The notes beneath the pieces were generated by a model. The model was not told where the DNA came from. It was given only the letters and a program-made list of their open reading frames with translations, and did not search any database. A DNA stretch of 54,191 nucleotides from Cercozoa sp. M6MM (lineage: Eukaryota > Protista > Endomyxa: Ascetosporea): the NCBI GenBank assembly GCA_040357565.1, contig JBDODJ010000077.1; one strand, given 5' to 3'. Positions 25,788 through 39,837 of the stretch are shown here, piece after piece. The first letter of the stretch is position 1. Each line of letters opens with the position of its first letter. A program made the position numbers and the translations under genes.

Positions 25788-28700
25788 GCAGGTGATGCCT
25801 TTGCGTCGTGGTGGCGTCGGCAGCGAGCGTTCGCGCCGACGAGCCAGGCGCTGGCACAGGCGTACGGCGAGCTGCGCGCACTCAGCACGCAGACGCAGTG
25901 GCACGACGCCGTCGCTCTGCTGCTGCGCCGTGTGGCCGAGGCCGTGCGCGTTAATGGCGGCGACGAGGCCGACGACATCGCGCTGTGGCTCAGTCGGTCG
26001 CGTCGCGCGCGCGAGGACATCCGTCGCGCCGCTTCGGTGCCGGCTGCTCTGCTGGAGGTCAGTATCGGCAGTGACAGTGACACCAGTAGTGACACGGACA
26101 AGAGGAGGAGTCACGCCGCGCTGTGTGCGAGCGATGACTGGCGCAGACAGCTGCTGCACGCTCTCGGTGCGGCACGCATCGCCGAGCAGGACTCGGCCGC
26201 CGTGGCTTTGTCCGAGATGGCGACGGCTCTGTCGGCGCAGCTGCGCGAGTCGCAGCACGAGCACGCTAGCGACGTGGCCGCGCAGCAGGTGCAGCTCGAG
26301 CGTGCCGCCGAGGCCGACGTGTACTTTGCCGCCGGCGACAGAGAGGACGACGGCACCGAGGACGACGAACAGGCCACGGTGGTGTCGCTCTTTGCCGACC
26401 TGGGCGTCGTGGGTGCCGGTGTGGCACGTGCCGCCGCCGTGCCGCTGAGCGACGTGCTGTGTGCGCGCGCTTGGCTGCACTGGCTCGACTCGGTGCTGCT
26501 GGCCATGCACGGCATGCCGGGCCTGCCGGCGCAACGCCTGGCGTCGCTGGCGCGCGCGGGCGACTGGCTGCTGCGCGAGTGCTCGCGCGTCGCCTCGGTC
26601 GACGTGGCCGAGCTGGCGGCCACGCGCGCCTTGGCGTGGATGCTGACGGCCGACCTGTCGCGTCGCTGGGCCGAGCTGAGCGACCGCGTGGCTGCCGCCT
26701 GGACGGACGCGCGTGCCTCGGCGCTGCAGTTCGCGTCGACGTGCATGGCGCACCTGCAAGCGCAGGTGTCGCTGCCGCGCCTGGTGGCCCTGGCTCGCGA
26801 CTTTGCCGAGCAGCCGGTGGCGCGTGCGCTCACGACAACGGGCACGCATCTGTCGGGTGCCCTCTCCGTGTCGGCCCTGCTGTCGGCCGGTCTCGTGGGC
26901 GACGCCTTCCTGGACGACATCACGCTGCGGCAGTGCGGTATGGCGGCGGCGCAGTTCCGGCGACAGCGAGGCGCACTGCTGCGCAACGTGCTGCTGCGAC
27001 AGGTCGAGTTACCGCATACGACGGGCTGGCCGGTCGTGCAGGCGCAGCTGCACGTGCTGCGCGGACTGGCCTCGCCACAACACGCGTCGGTGCAGCGACT
27101 GCTGCAGGGTGTCGACCGCAGTGTCAAGCACAGTGTCACTGGCAGTGTCACGACTGGCAGTGTCGAGAGCGAGGTGCTGCAGTCGGCGCGACTCGGCGCA
27201 GCGGCCGTGCGACTCGGCGCGGCCTACGCGCTGCTGCAGGTGCCGCTGTGGCCTGTGGACCCGCGACTGGTGGACGTCGTGCGACGAGACGACCTGCGCA
27301 GCCTGGCGGACGCGCTGGCCGAGACACTACGCGTGCGACGACAGGTGCGCGCACGCGTGCTGGGTGCCGACGACGACGACGCCGACACCCAGGCCGTGTT
27401 GCAGCTGCAGCACACGGCAGACGACGAGGCCTCTGCGCTCGAGTCCAACACTGTCATGCAGCGCAGCAGCGAGCAGCGTTTCTCTCTGTACTAGCTTCTT
27501 TTACCTACCTATATCTATTTTGCCCACCTTTTTTACCTATGTGTGTGTGTGTGTGTGACAACAGGTGGCGCCAGCGAGTGCAGAACTGGGCCAAACAGAT
27601 GCTGTCGGGCGACCTGCTGCACGTGCTGTCGCAGACGGACCGCGTGCTCGAGTCGCTCAATGCACGTGAGGCTGTCGCACTGGCGCGTCGTCTCGACACG
27701 TGGCGTGCCGCACTGCGCGTCTTCCTGGCCACGGTGCGTGCCGACTTTGGCGAGCGAGGCGACGACATGCGCGACGTGCTGGTGCCGCTCTGTTCGGCCG
27801 TGGCGCAGATGCTGCAGGGTGCTGACACACTGTGTGCTGCCTTGCGACTCGTTGTCATGTACGTCTTGTATATCTCTGTCTGTATAGTGTGTGAATGTAT
27901 ATGTGGATATGTATCTGCATCTGTATATTGGTATATATTTATATATATTAAAGTATTGTATGTATAGGTATATGCATATGTCTAGGCAAGAGAAGTTAGG
28001 CGAAGCCATTGATGCACACGCCACGCTGCTGCAGGAGTTGTTCGAGTGCTCCGAGGCGCCGCTGCAGGTGGCGGCGCGGCACGTCGGCCTGGCGCTGCAG
28101 GTGCAGCAGGCACTCGCGCAGACAGAGGCGCCGTGGCTCGCGCGTGCGCCGCTGCTGGACGTGCTGCGCGTGGCCATGTCGCGCGTCTCTGCCGGTGTGC
28201 GTGCCGACCGCCGTGTCTCGGCTTCGCGCGTGGCTCTCATTGCCGACATCGTGGCTGCCGTGTCGGGTGCTTACGGTCACCAGCAGGTACCTCTACGTGC
28301 TGAGTACACGCACATACCTCTACGTGTGCGCATCTGCACAGGCTGCCCGGCGCAAGCGCGAGGCCGAGCGCAACGCGGCCTACAAGATGGGCGAGTCGCG
28401 CAGCACGGCCATGCAGACGGACGAGGAACTCGAGGACCTCGAGGCCAAGCGACTGTTCCCGGACTACACGCAGATGTGGGGTAGCGCACGCCCTCCTCTT
28501 GCCTTGTCCCTGTTTAATGTGTCTTGTGCGTTGATGTCCTCTGTGTGCTCTCAGAGACAGATGAGTCGGAGGAGAGTGACGAGAAGAAGTCGGAGCAGCA
28601 GGAGATGCACACGGAGGTGGATGCAAGCGAAACTCTGCTCGGTCGCTCCGTGCAGGATGCCGACCTGCAGCAGGTGTGTCAGGCACACGCACGTGCCGTG

Positions 28701-29508
28701 GCTGCCGTGCTGCTGCGTGGCATGTCGCCCAAGTCACGCAAGGCCATGGTACCTCTGTTTTTCTGTGTGCTGTTCTATGAGGGGCACGTCACCCCCTGCC
28801 TGCGCAGAGGCAAGGCACCCGAACCGACAGCGAGATGCCGGACACAGTGGACGCCGACGTCTCTGCCGACGACTTCCTGGTGCTGACGCGAGGGGACTTT
28901 GCCGACATCGGCGCCCTGAAGGCGCCGAAGGACAGTCGTCGCCTGCACAAGGACCAGTCGGCCGGCGGCGGCACTGCCAGCGAGGACGTCGACTCGCTCT
29001 CGTACGGCGTGGCCGCTCAGATGCTGCGCGACCTCGTTGAGACTTCGCACGCGCCGTCCGATGACGGTGGGTTCATGCATGCTTGTTATGTCCCACATCT
29101 ATTTCTGTACTATATATACATAAACGTGTACATGTGTTGGTATGTCCTGCAGGCGAGTGTGCCAGTGGCGTGCTGCACCTGCACCCAAGACTGGGCGAGC
29201 GACTGGACCGCATCGCTGCGCCGGCGCACGCGTCGGCGCTGCAGCGAGCCACGCAGAGTCTCGAGGCGCCGCCCGAGGACGAGGAGCTGCGCGGCCGCCG
29301 CATGCGTGCGCGACTGGCCGTGGGTCTGTCGGCGTCACCCTACCTGACGGCCAACGTGCCCGAACTGCGCCGACTCGAGCGACCGCTGCGATGCATCCTG
29401 CTGAAGCTGCGCGCACTGCTGCAGCAGTATCCCAAGCACGCCGTGCTGCTCAAGATTGTACGTGCCATTTCTACCTGTGTGTGTGTGTGTGTGTGTGTCC
29501 ATGTGTAC

Positions 29509-29550
<42 letters not shown>

Positions 29551-30090
29551 ACCTGTACCTGTGTGTGTGGTCTGGTAGGTGCGCATGGCACACAGCGTGG
29601 CCGAGCTGCCGAGCACGACGCCGCTGGCCAAGGCGCTGGCCGGTGTCGAGGCCATGCTGGACAAGGTGGACGACTGGGCGCGCGGCCATCTGCAGCAGGA
29701 GCTGCTGGCGCTGTCGCCGCTCGTGACGCGCTGGCGGCGCATCGAGGTGGCCTCATGGCACAGCGTGCTGGACGAGCGCACGCGGCCGCTGCGCCTCGAG
29801 GCCTTCCGCGGCTGGGCCACGCTCATGTCGCTCGTGCACGCGGACGATCCTGAGCAGTCGGAGCAGCAGTCCCAGCAGTCCCAACAGTCCAAGCAGCAGG
29901 ACGAGGAGGAGGCGCAGGACGTGCTGCACACGGTGGACGCCTTCGTGAGTCACTCACCGGTGGCACAGTTTGAGTTGCGACTCGACATGCTGCGTCTTGC
30001 TGCCGCGCACGTGCGACTCTTGCTGGACACGGCCAGTGGCACCACTGGTCGGCACGACCGTCTGCAGCGACTGTGCAATGTGGTACCAGT

Positions 30091-30131
<41 letters not shown>

Positions 30132-30149
30132 CTCGCTCTCTCTATCTCT

Positions 30150-30212
<63 letters not shown>

Positions 30213-33200
30213 CTGATGCTGATTTGCCTGGTTGTTGGATCAGTTCGAGCACGTGCGACGCTACTACGGGCAGTACGTCGGCCGTGTGCGAGTCTATCGC
30301 GTGCGCATGCAGCGCAAGTTGCTCGCCGAGGTGCACAAGATCGTCAAGCTCAACAACCCGTACCACTCTCTGTCTGTCTATCTGTCTATCTATTTTCCTA
30401 CCTCGTATCTATCAATCATCTGTAATATATTTATATTTATACCTGTGCAATACATATACACATACATATACTCATATCGGTATGTATATGTCATGGATTC
30501 GGCATGGTGCGTGTGTTTGACAGGAACTGGAGCAACGTGGAGGTGGCTCGCGACCGTGCCACGAAGGACCACCGTCTGCTGGCCGGTCTGGCACGCCAGT
30601 GGGCTGACGTGGCCGCCAGTTCGACTGCGTCGGTACTAGGCGCATGTGACGCCTCAGACCTGCGCGACGACCAGGCGCCGCTGGACTTTGTGCTGCGCAA
30701 CAAGAGCACGCCATGGCAAGCGCCGGCGCTGCCCTTGAGCGAGCAGACGACACTGCGCCGTATCGGCGAGGCCGACCGCACCGAAGGTCTGAACGACGCG
30801 ACGGCCGAGCGGCGTCTGTGCCAGGTGGCGAGTCGCATGCGTGGCATGACGAAGCAGTACCTGGCCAGCGACGCTGTCGGCCGACTCGGCACCGCCGTCG
30901 AGGAGGCCTCGCTGACCATCATCGAGCGCGCCTCGGCACTCGCTTCGGTGGAGGTCAAGACCAACGTCAAGAAGACGGCGCTGGCCGGCCTGCTGCGTCT
31001 GCACAAGCAGGCCGGACTGCGGCAGAACGCGCCGGCACCGGCCGACTTTGACGTGCTGCTGCGCGATGACCTGGTGCTCGACCTGCGCTGGCGTGCTGAC
31101 GAGATCTTTGCGGTACGCCTACTGCACTGTGCCTATGCCTGTGCCTATGCCTGTGCCTATGCCTATGCTTATGTCCATGCCTGTGCCTATGTAAATGTGT
31201 GTCTCCCCTGTAGGGCGAGAACCCGGTAATGCAGTGCCTGGCCGACAATGCCAACAAGGGCACGCTGCCGGTTCTCAAGGCCGGCGACGCCTACTTCTAC
31301 CGACTCATGGGCGAGCTGCGCAAGATGCGTGCACTCACGCGCACGCCCGCCGAGCTGCACACCGACCTGAGTCGTGACGAAGTGCGCCTCCTGCACGCTG
31401 GCGCCGAACACCTGGTACACTTCTTCTTGTCAATACCTTGCGCAGCATGACCCTTTTATGTGTCGATGTGTCGCTGTAGTTCAACATGCTGCTGGAGCAG
31501 CGCCGTGTCTTGTGCAAGCTGTCCAAGATGACAGTGGTGTCCACGGCCTGGACACGCACTCTGTGCGACGAGCAAGAGCACGAGGCCACTGCACCTGCAC
31601 TGGATTCCTCCGAGACGGCGCGACTGCTCGGCCTGGCACGCGACGTGGTGGACGCCTCCATCGAGCTGCGCAGGCGTCTCGTGAAACGCGGCGTCGTAGT
31701 CGACACGGCGGAACTGCACAGTGCTCTGAAGCGGCATGCATCGCTGCTGGATGCTCACCTGCGCACGGTGCTGCCGTCCTACGTGTACCTTGCACTCTCC
31801 TATCTGTGGGTGTCGTTCTCACCTATGTCACCCCCCCCCCCCCCGTCCCTCTGTGCAGCGCGAGCACGGTGGGTTTTGTGGCCCTCCCGAGTGCCGAGGC
31901 GCTGCGCAGTGTCGAGTCGGTGCTGCGCGAGCAAGTGACACTGCTAGAGGCTCTCCTGGAGGCTCTGCTGACTCAGGTGTCTTTCACTTTCTCTGAATAT
32001 GTATTTGTGTATTGTATGTGTTGCGTGTATTGTATATGTATGTGTATGTGTATATGTGTGTGTGTATGTGTATGTGTATGTATCTGTGTATGTGAATGTA
32101 CAGTCGCGAGAGGAGGCAGCACTCGTGTCGGAGGACGCAGCGACAGCGGAAGACGTCGGCGCTGCCGCCGCCAGCCTGCCATCAGTGCGGACGGTGCTGT
32201 CGCTCGCCAGCCAGGCGCAGCAGCAGGTGGCGCACTCGCTGCGCGACGGGGCACTGCCCGAGGGCCAGGTGCGACACGACGACATTGCCGACGCCGTGCG
32301 CGTGCACATGCTGCTGGTGCAGCACGTGCGCCAGTCGCTCCAGCAGTCGGATGTGACTGCCGACAAGAGCAGCGATGGAGACGACGAGGAACATGAGGAG
32401 CAAGAGTCCTGGATGAGTGTGCTCAAGCAGTCCGGTGTAAAACGACTGCACGCGCAGCTCGCCGAGGTACCGCACTGTTTGTGTCTCTGATCTCCGTGTG
32501 TCTATCTATGAGTGTCGTCTACCTATACGTGTCTACCTATGAGTGGTCTACCTATGGTACACGTGCAACTTACAGACGGTGCAACGCATGCTGCCGCGTC
32601 TCGAGCGCACGCACGTGGCCCTGTCGCGCTGCGCCAACGGCGCCTCGCTGGCGCACTCGCGTCGCACGCGGCAGAGTCTGGCGCCGCTGGCGGCCACGTG
32701 CAGTCTGCTGTGCGACTCGGTGCTGCGACGCGCGGCACTGGCGCACCGTCAGCTGGCCAAGTTCGCCTGGGTCAACCTGCGTCTGTCGCTGTGCATGATG
32801 CGCCGCGGTCTGCTGCGTCCGGCCGAGGAGTCCGACGACACTGGCGATGGCGAGGAAGGCGACGAGCAGCTGCAGGCTGGTGGTACCTTGTCTCTGTGTG
32901 CCATGTATCTGTGTGTCTGTGTCTGTCTATGGGGTGTGTGCTTGACGTGCAGGTGTCGGCATGGGCGACGGCACCGGCCAGCGCGACGTGAGCGATCAGA
33001 TCGACAACGAAGACCAGCTGCTGGACAACCAGATGGCGAGCGACCAGCTGCAGGAGGACCAGGACGACCAGGAGCAGCAGGACCAGTCCGACGAGCAGCC
33101 TGTCGATGATGACACTGTAGACTATCCCCTATATGAATATATATATATATATAGCTGTGTTATGTATGCTTCTTGTTGATGTCTCCTCCCTTGGCAGGGT

Positions 33201-35063
33201 GTCGAGATGACCGACAACTTTGACGGTCAGATGCGCGACATTGAGGAGGATGAACAGCAGCAGGAGGACCAGGACAGCGAGGACGATGAGGGCGAGGAAC
33301 TTGATCGCGACTTGGGCGACGACGACTCGCCCGACATGGATGTGGTCGACGAGCGACTCTGGGACGAGGACGACGACCAGCAGGACGAGGACGACCAACA
33401 GCAGCCGCCGCAGGACGAGAAGATCGAGGAGGACTCGCAGCTGCAGCAGCCGCAGCCGCAGTCTGAGACCATCGCCGACGACGCTCCCGATGCCGAGGAA
33501 GATCAACCACAACCACAACAGCAGTCCGAGCAGGCGGAACAGGCTGAACAGGCCGATGATGAGGAGCAACAGGACCAGAACGACGACGATGAGGGCGTCC
33601 AGGAACAGCACGAGACCGAGGAGGCACATGGCTTTGACCTCGACAAGGAACAGGTGCGCACATCCAGTGTCCTTGCTTTCCGTGTCCTGTCACCTGCGTT
33701 TGTTGTGTCCAGGGCGAGGAGGAAGACGAGCAACCCGACGATGACTTTGACATGAGTCCCGAGGCCGATGCGCCGATGCCGGAGGACTATGACGAGCAAG
33801 GTGCCTCGGAAGCAGACGAGGAAGAAGGCAGTGCCTCGGAAGCAGATGAGGAAGGCAGTGCCTCGGACCAGGAGGTCGACGACAACGCCGGTATCGACGG
33901 TCGCTTCGAGGACAACGAGGACGAGGAGCAGCCTGAGGACGAGGACGGCCTCGAGACCGAGCCGATGCAGGCACCCGGTGAGACCAAGGTTCCCGACGAC
34001 GACGAGGCCGACCGGCACAGTGACCAAGAGTCCGACCGCGAGAACGACAACGAGAACGAGGACAAGCTGAAGGAGGAGACCCTGCAGGAGTCGGGCGGCA
34101 TGGACGCCAACGATGATGAGCAGGAAGGCGGCGCCGGTGCCGAGCAGCCTGAGGCCATGCAGGACGACGACGAGCCCGAAGATGGTGATGGTCAGGGCGT
34201 TGCACAGGCGCCGGTTGCAGAAGGCGATGAGGCCGGTCGTGGCACGCAGCAGTCGGAAGCCTCGCAGGGTACATCTATATATATATATATAAGCACGTAT
34301 ATGTATTAATGTGTGTGTGTGTGTCACAGAGGACAAGATGCGCACGATGGAGCAGGCCAACCCGTTCCGCTCGCTCGGCGACGCGCTTAAGCAGTGGCGT
34401 CGTGACCTCGACATTGTGCAACGCACCGACGGTCAGGAGGCACGCCAGGACGAGGACACCCTGGACGCCGATGGTGTGTTTCTATAGACATATATGTATA
34501 TATTAGGCATATACATATATATAAATTGACATGTATTCGCTGGTACATTGAGTGCAGAAGGAGCCGAGTTCGAACACGTGGCCGAGGACGAGCAAGCCGA
34601 CGCGCAGGCAATGGCCGACGCCGGCGACGAGCAGCCGCCGCAGATGACCGAGCAGGAGCAGCAGGACGCTCAGCGGGAGGAGGAGGACAGGAGAGACGCC
34701 ATGCGCGACGAAGACCAGGAGGACACTGAGGAGCACAAGGAAGACTCGGGCGACAAGAAGAATGACACCGCTCAGGCTGAGCGACGCATGTTCTCGCCGG
34801 AGCGACCAGTCGACGCTATGCGCGACGTCGAACCCGATGAGGAGCAGCAAGAACCGAGTCTGTCCGAAGACGAAGAGTCTGCCTCGACTTCTGCCTCGCA
34901 GTCGCAGGACGCGGACAGGAGAAGCTTTGCCACCACGGGTGCCTTGGAGTACTCGCACGAGAACGAGCAGCAACAGGCCGAGTTCGACACCGAAGCACAG
35001 CGGTTACTTGAGGAGACACTGCTCACGTGGCGTCAGGTACCCCGGATTCTCTGTGTTCTCTGT

Positions 35064-35116
<53 letters not shown>

Positions 35117-36186
35117 CTGTGGGTTGTTTTGGTAGGACGCGAATCGCACGGCCGATGCCACCGAGCTGTGGCGCACGCTGCAGGGACAGACCTCGGCACT
35201 GTCGGCACAGCTGTGCGAGCAGCTTCGCACCGTGCTGGAGCCTTTGGTGGCCAGCAAGCTGCGTGGCGACTACCGCAGTGGCAAGCGCCTCAACATGCGC
35301 AAGGTCATCTCCTACATTGCCTCGCAGTTCCGCAAGGACAAGATCTGGCTGCGTCGAACCAAGCCGGCCAAGCGTGCCTATCAGGTTCATTGTCTTTCTT
35401 GCTTGACTGTGCAGCATGTGGTATTGAACTGACTGTGTAGGTCATGGTGGCGATCGACAACTCCGAGTCGATGAGGAACAACGGTGCAGCTCAGTTGGCT
35501 TTGCAGTCGCTCGCGCTGCTGACGTCTGCGCTCACACAGCTTGAGGTCGGTGAGCTCTCGGTCGTTTCGTTCGGCGACGAGCCACGCCTGCTGCATGACT
35601 TTGCGTCGCCTTTCGCTGCCGAGAGAGGCGCCTTTGTTGCGTACGTTTTTCCCTTGGTGTCTGATCCGTTGGACTGATCGACTAGCACGCATGTTTATTT
35701 GCAGATCGCAATTCGACTTCAAGGAGAAACGAACCAACTGGACGTCGCTGCTTGACTTTGTGGATTCGTCGCTGAACCACGCGCGAATGTCTGCTGCGAA
35801 CGAGTCCTGCCAAATTGTACCAGCCCACCCTGCCTGACAATTTAGCCCCATGCACTCGTTTCTGTGCGTAGGTGTTTGTGATCTCGGACGCTCGGGTACA
35901 AGAAGACCGCGAGAAGGTGCGGCGTCTCGTGCGCCGTGCCGTGCGACAGCAGCAGCTGCCAGTGCTCATTGTCTTGGACGAGCCAGAGACCGAGCAGGGC
36001 TCTCAGAGCATTCTTTCGATGCGCTCGCTCGAGTTCAGTGCGAGTGGCGAAATGAAGTGGCGCTCGTACCTGGACGACTTCCCGTTCCCGTTCTACGTCG
36101 TGCTGCGCGACCTGTCGGCGCTGCCTGGCGTTCTGGCCGAGTCGTTGCGACAGTGGTTCGAGCTCATCCAGCAATCACAACAATAG
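14614..36186 (+). CDS. MDN1: Midasin (MDN1/Rea1), pre-60S maturation AAA+ ATPase, about 50 exons
   Basis: Six Walker A motifs in order ([48 protein letters not shown]) with matching Walker B motifs ([37 protein letters not shown]); [23 protein letters not shown]; [20 protein letters not shown]; long linker; GVGMGDGTG; D/E-rich tract (about 33000-35000); [33 protein letters not shown]; MIDAS DxSxS (IDNSES); [10 protein letters not shown]. The frame stays open through 49 GT-AG introns in a manual trace. Confidence 0.97.
18627..18690 (+). repeat. (CCCTA)n pentanucleotide repeat in a midasin intron
   Basis: About 11 perfect ACCCT units. Confidence 0.95.
25376..25442 (+). repeat. (CT)n microsatellite starting at an intron donor
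   Basis: GTACTCTCTCT... runs directly from the 5' splice site. Confidence 0.95.
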
Positions 36187-36483
36187 GCGTGACGATACGA
36201 TAGTTTGACTTCGCCACGTTCAGCTATTCGATTTATTTCTTTTATAGGCCCACGCTGCATCACGTCAGGTTAGAAAGATTTGTTTGCTATTACTACTAGA
36301 CGTGACTTTCGGGCTGTTTTCTATTCTTGGAGGAGTTTTGAGCTGCTCGCCACTCAACTCTCAACCTGAAACACTTCACTTCCAGGTTGCGACGTTATTC
36401 TTCCTCTCGTCTCTTAATACCTTAGTTTTTAAGCGAAGCGAAATCACATCACATCACAGACGCGATGCGGGGGCGGAGGGCTC

Positions 36484-39400
36484 TTACTTACTGTGGGCAA
36501 GTAGGATCGTACGAATGATGGACGCGTCGTGAGTGTACGCGTTCAAGCATCGCTGACGCAGCTGTTCCTCGCACTGCGCGATCTGCTTGGCCGTGTGTCT
36601 GCGCACTCGAACAAATGCAAATGCAGGCCACACAAAAAAGGGAGAATCAGCCATGTGAGAGGCAGGCCCTACCCGACCAGGGGACGAGCACGTACTCCAT
36701 CCTTTGAGCTCAAAAGATCCGAGAAGCGCTGCAGCACGACAATGTTGCGCAGCCACACGAGCGCGAGTCGCAGGTCATTCAGCTCAGCAGCAGCACCGAA
36801 CACGGAGTCGGTGATGTCCTGCGACAGGTCGAGACTGCCGCGCGGCGACTGCGACTGCGACTGCGCCGGTGTCGCAGTGTCCAGCAGCGATGGCAGCGAG
36901 GCTGCAGGAACACGAACACAGACACATACACTGCGTTGCTGGCATTCACTGTGTGAAGACAGCAAGCCTTGCTGGTGTACCACAGAGCTGCTGCAATAGC
37001 GACAGCAGCTGCGACGATGTCAGTTGGCACAGCAGACTCTCGGCGGTGCCGTGCTGACGTAGGAGAGCACGGTGCACGCGTCGTACCGTGTACATTAGCT
37101 GCCTCGTGTCCTGCTGCTGCAGACCTAGCACCAGGGCCTCGGGCAACCGGTTCTCTCTGCGTACACCAAAATGAGCGAAAGGAAGGATGTGCTACATTGA
37201 GGAGAGCACGTACTGCACAAGTGCATCAACGGACTCGGGAGCAGTCTGCACGACCGGCGGTGTCTGCTGCTGCAAGGCCTGCTGCACCAGTGTTTGGACC
37301 TGTTGAGGCACATTGCATGTGAGCACAGAACATTATGCAATCGCAGGCAGTGGAGACACATGTGTGCTACCGTCTTGGTCAGTGGCGGAAGCAGTCGCTG
37401 CGCCACGGCATCAGCTGCCAGGTTACGCACAACAGACATGCAAGGACAGCATTAAGGTGGTAGCATACAGTCAGAGACACACCCAGGGCATCGACATCGA
37501 AGGCAGGCTGTGCCTGGGCCGCACGTCGAACCTCCTGCAGCTGCGCCTTGTGCATGCGTTGCATACTGTCCAACTGTACACACTCACATATCAGAGAGTG
37601 CATCAGTGCCGAGGAGAAGGAGGGGATGCACACACCTGACTCTTCATGCGCTGCTGCCACTGCTTGTCCTGCTCGCGCAGCTGTGCCTCTAGCTGGCGCA
37701 CCGCCTTCTGCGACGTGTTGTACACGAATTGACTGAGGTTCGACCTCACGCTTTGCAGTCTGCCCTGCTGCAGCTACACAGACACACACATCAGACACAG
37801 ACACACAGACACAGACACAGACGCAGACACAGACACAGACACAGACGCAGACACAGACACAGACACACACAACAGAGACAGCGATCAGTCAAAGAGAGAG
37901 AGAGAGAGGCACCTCCTCCGCATGCACGTGGTAGTCCTTCTGCTCCTTGGACAGCGTCGACACGGCCGACATGATCTGCATACACACACACACACACACA
38001 CACGCAGCCCTTGCATTATGTCCCAGGGATAAGGGAGAGGGAGATATATGATGATAGGACTGGTGCTGTGAGAGCAAGGTACGCGATCGGTGCGTTTCTG
38101 CAGTTCGCGATCGAAGCGCTGGAGGAAGCGGTCCTGCTTGTTGGCGCGCTTGTCGTCGGACTTGGTCGACTTGACCTCTTTCTTCTCCTGCGACTCCTGC
38201 GTCTCCTTTCTCTCCTTGTGCCGTGCCTGCTCCTTCTTCTTCTGCTTCTCCAGAGTCTCGTCCTTCTGCTTCTGCTGCGTGTCCTTGTCTTGGTCCAGTC
38301 GCTGCTGCTCCAGTTGCTTCTGTTCCAGTTGCTTCTGTTGTTCCAGTTGCTTCTGTTGTTCCAGTTGCTTCTGTTGTTCCAGTTGCTGTTGGTTCAGTTG
38401 CTCCTGTTCCAGTTGCTTTTGCTGGTCCAGTCGCTCCTGTTGCAGTCGTTCCTGGTCGCGAGACTGCGGCGACTCCTGGCGCGAGCCCAGGCGGCGCGCC
38501 GTCTCGGCCATTGAGTCGGCCGATGCCGCCAGCTGCGCCAGCAGATCGTCGCTCTATCCATCACACCAGCATCTCAGACAGATAGGCAGACAGACAGACA
38601 GAATGACAGTCACACACCTCGGCAATGGCAGCAGAGAAAGCAGGCGCCTCTGCCTGGTCCTCGTCGTCGGTGACGATGTCGCGCAGAGCGACCTCAATGT
38701 CCTGACTGACAGCACTGACCTCGGCTTGGTCCTCCAGGTCCAGATCGGCCTCGACCTCCTCGGTATCGCTCTCGTCCAGAGCGCTACTGCTGGCGGCGTC
38801 GTCTTCCGCCGGGAAAGGCTGCAGCTCGGCAAAGAACTCATCCTGCTCGTCATCGGCGGCCTCGCTGGTGTCGCTCTCGTCTAGGTCGCTCGGCAGCGTC
38901 ACCTGGAGCGACTCGACGCGTGTCAGCTCACTGCCGTCGCTGCAGACGGACAGTGGAATGTGCTCACTCAGGAACACCATAGGCGATGCGTTCCACAGCA
39001 CGTCCAGGTGATCTACAGACACCGCATATGCCATGTACACATGCCATGTACATATGCCATGTACAATATGCCCATGTACAATATGCCCATGTACAATATG
39101 CCATGTAAAATATGCCATGTACATATGGTACCTCGGTCGTCGCGCGAGGGACACGCGACGGCAGTGAGACAGGCGTGCGGCGACGCCAGCAGCATGGCCG
39201 ACCGCAGCGACAGCGTGTTGGGCCGCACCTCGCCGTCGCACACCTCGGCATCCAGGAAACCGGCACGCAGCAGCACGATGCCTGCGCATCAGGGGAGAGT
39301 AACGATACCGATAGAGGGGGGGGTAAGCATAGAGAGCTACCGTGCGGAGGTGACGACATCTCAATCGTCACCGGCAGCAGCACGAAATTGCCGCTCATGT

Positions 39401-39660
39401 CGAACGAGAGCGATGGTGACTATGAAGACACACCAGCACACATACCCGAAACATAGATATAGAGGGAAGTAAACGGGAGGTACAGGTGGCAGGTGCACAA
39501 GACTGATCGGGATCACAATGGTCTGCTGTCGCGTCAGCACGGACGGCACCTCGGGCGACGTACCCGACAGCAGCGACGACACGAGCAGCTTGAGACCGTC
39601 GTCGCGCTTGTGCAGCGACACCAGCATCGATAACACTCGCTGTACACACACACGTACATA

Positions 39661-39698
<38 letters not shown>

Positions 39699-39728
39699 TA
39701 CACAGATACATACACAGAGACATACACT

Positions 39729-39778
<50 letters not shown>

Positions 39779-39788
39779 NNNNNNNNNN

Positions 39789-39837
<49 letters not shown>

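Noticed and set aside
25734-27967. Long antisense and alternative-frame ORFs (346-502 aa) overlapping midasin
   Set aside because: Expected shadows of GC-rich coding exons; no motifs; Arg/Ala-biased composition.
14977-35871. Non-GT-AG introns or introner-like repeated introns
   Set aside because: All traced midasin junctions resolve as GT-AG, and introns share no sequence beyond simple repeats.
39027-39128. Regular repeats resembling a CRISPR array
   Set aside because: No unique spacers; it is a eukaryotic intronic minisatellite.
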